This document shows positions 61,972-64,000 of a stretch of 64,000 nt of DNA, piece after piece. Position 1 is the first letter of the stretch. Every line of letters begins with the position of its first letter. The DNA is taken from positions 252,836,001 through 252,900,000 of the forward strand of contig OZ024742.1 of assembly GCA_964016885.1 (NCBI GenBank), written 5' to 3'. The notes beneath the pieces are model-generated. The model saw nothing but the letters and a program-made list of their open reading frames with translations, ran no database searches and had not been told where the DNA came from. The stretch comes from Eledone cirrhosa. Lineage: Eukaryota. Made by a program: the position numbers and the translations under genes.

Positions 61972-64000
61972 TATCATCATCATCATCATCATCACCGTTT
62001 TACGTCCGTTCTTCCACGCTAGCATGGGTTAGACGGGTTGTCCTGTTGTGGGCAGTGTCTGGTCGGCTGACCATGCCTTGCTCATACAGGAACTGATCTG
62101 GCTTGATTTCTACAGCTGGATGCCCTTCCTAACACCAACCTCATTTACAGTGAGTGCTGGGTGCTTTTTCGTGGCGCCTACACGTCCACTTTACAGTGTG
62201 GGCTGGGTGCTTTTTTGCCGTGGCACCTCCACGACCACCTTGCGGTGGGGGGGGGGGGGGCATATTGTTTATATGCTTCAGCATGTACCCATGGGAGGTC
62301 GGGTACCCTGTATTACTGCGTGACGCCAGAAGTCACGGTCGTGTGTCATTGACTTTGAGAGGTGTAGTTGGGTAAGGTCGGCTTTTATCACCTCATCCCA
62401 AGTCATCTTGGGTCTCCCCACTCCGCGGTTTCCATCAACTTCTAGTGCTCTGCACCTTTTTATGCAGCTGTCATCCTTCATACGCATCACATGTCCATAC
62501 CAGCGTAACCGCCTCTCCTGCACGCAGCATTTGATTCCTCTTATGCTCAGTCTCTCTCTCAATTCATTTATGCTTTGTCGTTCACGTATATTACTGTTAC
62601 ACATCCATCGGAGCATGCAGGCTTCGTTTCTCTCTAATCTACGTAAGTCTTCCACCTTCAGCGCCCAGGTCTCACTACCATGCAACATCGCTGTTCGGAT
62701 ACACGCATCATACAGTCTGCCTTTCATTCTGAGGGAGAAGCCTTTTGCAGCTAGCAGTGGTAGTAGTTCCCTAAACTTCTTCCATCCCGTTCTTACCCTA
62801 GTTATTGTACTTTCTGAGCACCCACCTCCGTTGCTAATTCGGTCACCTAGGTAGCAGAAGCTGTCTACTGTTTCTACAGGGCCCTCCCAGAGATTGGTGG
62901 TACTTGTTTCCTGTGGCTGTTTGCTTGCTGTTTCAGCACAGCTGCTGCATGTGAATCCTACATTCTTAATTAAGCTTCCTGAGATCCCGCTACATCTCTT
63001 GTGTACCCATTGTTTGCATTTGGGGCAAAGAATGGAGTTCCTACCTACACCTTTCCTACATACTGAGCAAGGCCATTTCCCTGAGGGGATCTGGGTTCTG
63101 TTTTCTCGTCTACTTATAAGGACCTTAGTCTTTGTCATGTTGACTTTGAGGCCCTTTCTCTCTAGTCCCTGCTTCCAGGTTTGGAATTTATTCTCTAGTT
63201 CTACCATAGATTCAGCTATGAGTGCGAGGTCATCAGCATACAGGAGTTCCCATGGGCATCCGGTCTTAAACTCCTCCGTTATTGCCTGCAGGACTATGAT
63301 GAACAGGAGAGGGCTAAGAACAGAGCCCTGGTGGACCCCAACCTGTACGCTAAATTCCTCGCTATACTCATTGCCAATCCTAACTTTGCTGACTGCTCCC
63401 CTATACATGGCTTGTACCGCTTTCACAAGCCATTCATCTACTCCTAGTTTTCTAAGAGCCCACCAGATTACTGCACGTGGAACTCTGTCAAAGGCTTTCT
63501 CAAGGTCGACAAATGCCAAGTAGAGTGGCTTACTTTTAGCTAGGTACTTTTCCTGTAATTGCCTCACAAGGAAGAGCGCATCAGTGGTGCCTTTCCCTGG
63601 TACAAACCCAAATTGCATCTCGTCTATATTCACCCGGTCCCTAATCAGCTGTGCTATAACTCTTTCTGTTACTTTCATGACCTGGTCCATCAACTTTATA
63701 CCTCTATAGTTTCCTCTATCTAGTGCATCGCCTTTACCTTTGTAGCAGTTGACAATGATGCTACTGCACCAATCTTTTGGTATGGCCCCCTCTAGTATTA
63801 CCTGGTTAACGATACGTGTGGTTATAGTGTGACCTACAGACCCAGATGCCTTCAGCATCTCGGCAGCTATACCCGATGGACCGGTTGCCTTCCCTATCTT
63901 CATATCTCTGATTGCCTTACTTACTACGCTGCCGCTGACTTGTACTGCTGGTCCCTCTATAGGGTCTACGTGGGGTAGGGTCTCTTCTTCCCATGCATTC
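61972..64000 (-). mobile_element. RTE LINE subfamily 1 (copy B), continues beyond the window
   Basis: Virtually identical to 20577-22603. Confidence 0.97.
62278..64000 (-). CDS. RTE ORF2 (partial; frame runs off the window edge): RT plus PHD-type finger
   Basis: Same protein sequence as copy A. Confidence 0.95.
   Translation of the reverse strand, partial: NAWEEETLPHVDPIEGPAVQVSGSVVSKAIRDMKIGKATGPSGIAAEMLKASGSVGHTITTRIVNQVILEGAIPKDWCSSIIVNCYKGKGDALDRGNYRGIKLMDQVMKVTERVIAQLIRDRVNIDEMQFGFVPGKGTTDALFLVRQLQEKYLAKSKPLYLAFVDLEKAFDRVPRAVIWWALRKLGVDEWLVKAVQAMYRGAVSKVRIGNEYSEEFSVQVGVHQGSVLSPLLFIIVLQAITEEFKTGCPWELLYADDLALIAESMVELENKFQTWKQGLERKGLKVNMTKTKVLISRRENRTQIPSGKWPCSVCRKGVGRNSILCPKCKQWVHKRCSGISGSLIKNVGFTCSSCAETASKQPQETSTTNLWEGPVETVDSFCYLGDRISNGGGCSESTITRVRTGWKKFRELLPLLAAKGFSLRMKGRLYDACIRTAMLHGSETWALKVEDLRRLERNEACMLRWMCNSNIRERQSINELRERLSIRGIKCCVQERRLRWYGHVMRMKDDSCIKRCRALEVDGNRGVGRPKMTWDEVIKADLTQLHLSKSMTHDRDFWRHAVIQGTRPPMGTC

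Overview
AT-rich, microsatellite-dense metazoan DNA, intronic or intergenic. The SINE/LINE repertoire resembles an octopod cephalopod, which is inference. No complete host gene can be supported; there are only isolated exon candidates. The window is dominated by transposable elements. (1) Young RTE-clade LINEs of two subfamilies (20577-23040 and its near-identical twin 61972-64000; 25416-27158 with an inverted partner 24776-25390). Their ORF2 carries a complete C4HC3 PHD-type finger inside the C-terminal part of the reverse transcriptase, they end in (GAT)n tails, and the young copies sit in (TA)n microsatellites. (2) tRNA-headed SINEs, including a family that carries the same RTE 3' tail. (3) Decayed R4/Dong-type (RLE), CR1, L1/Tx1 and other RTE LINEs. 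(4) A Tc1/mariner relic with TIRs, TTAA-flanked piggyBac-type MITEs with a MITE-derived tandem array, and non-autonomous Helitrons. (5) A retrozyme/Penelope-like unit with a minimal type I hammerhead ribozyme (55590-55630). (6) Several fold-back structures and large CA/TG compound satellites. Most long ORFs in the supplied track are microsatellite artefacts. Boundaries of decayed elements are approximate.
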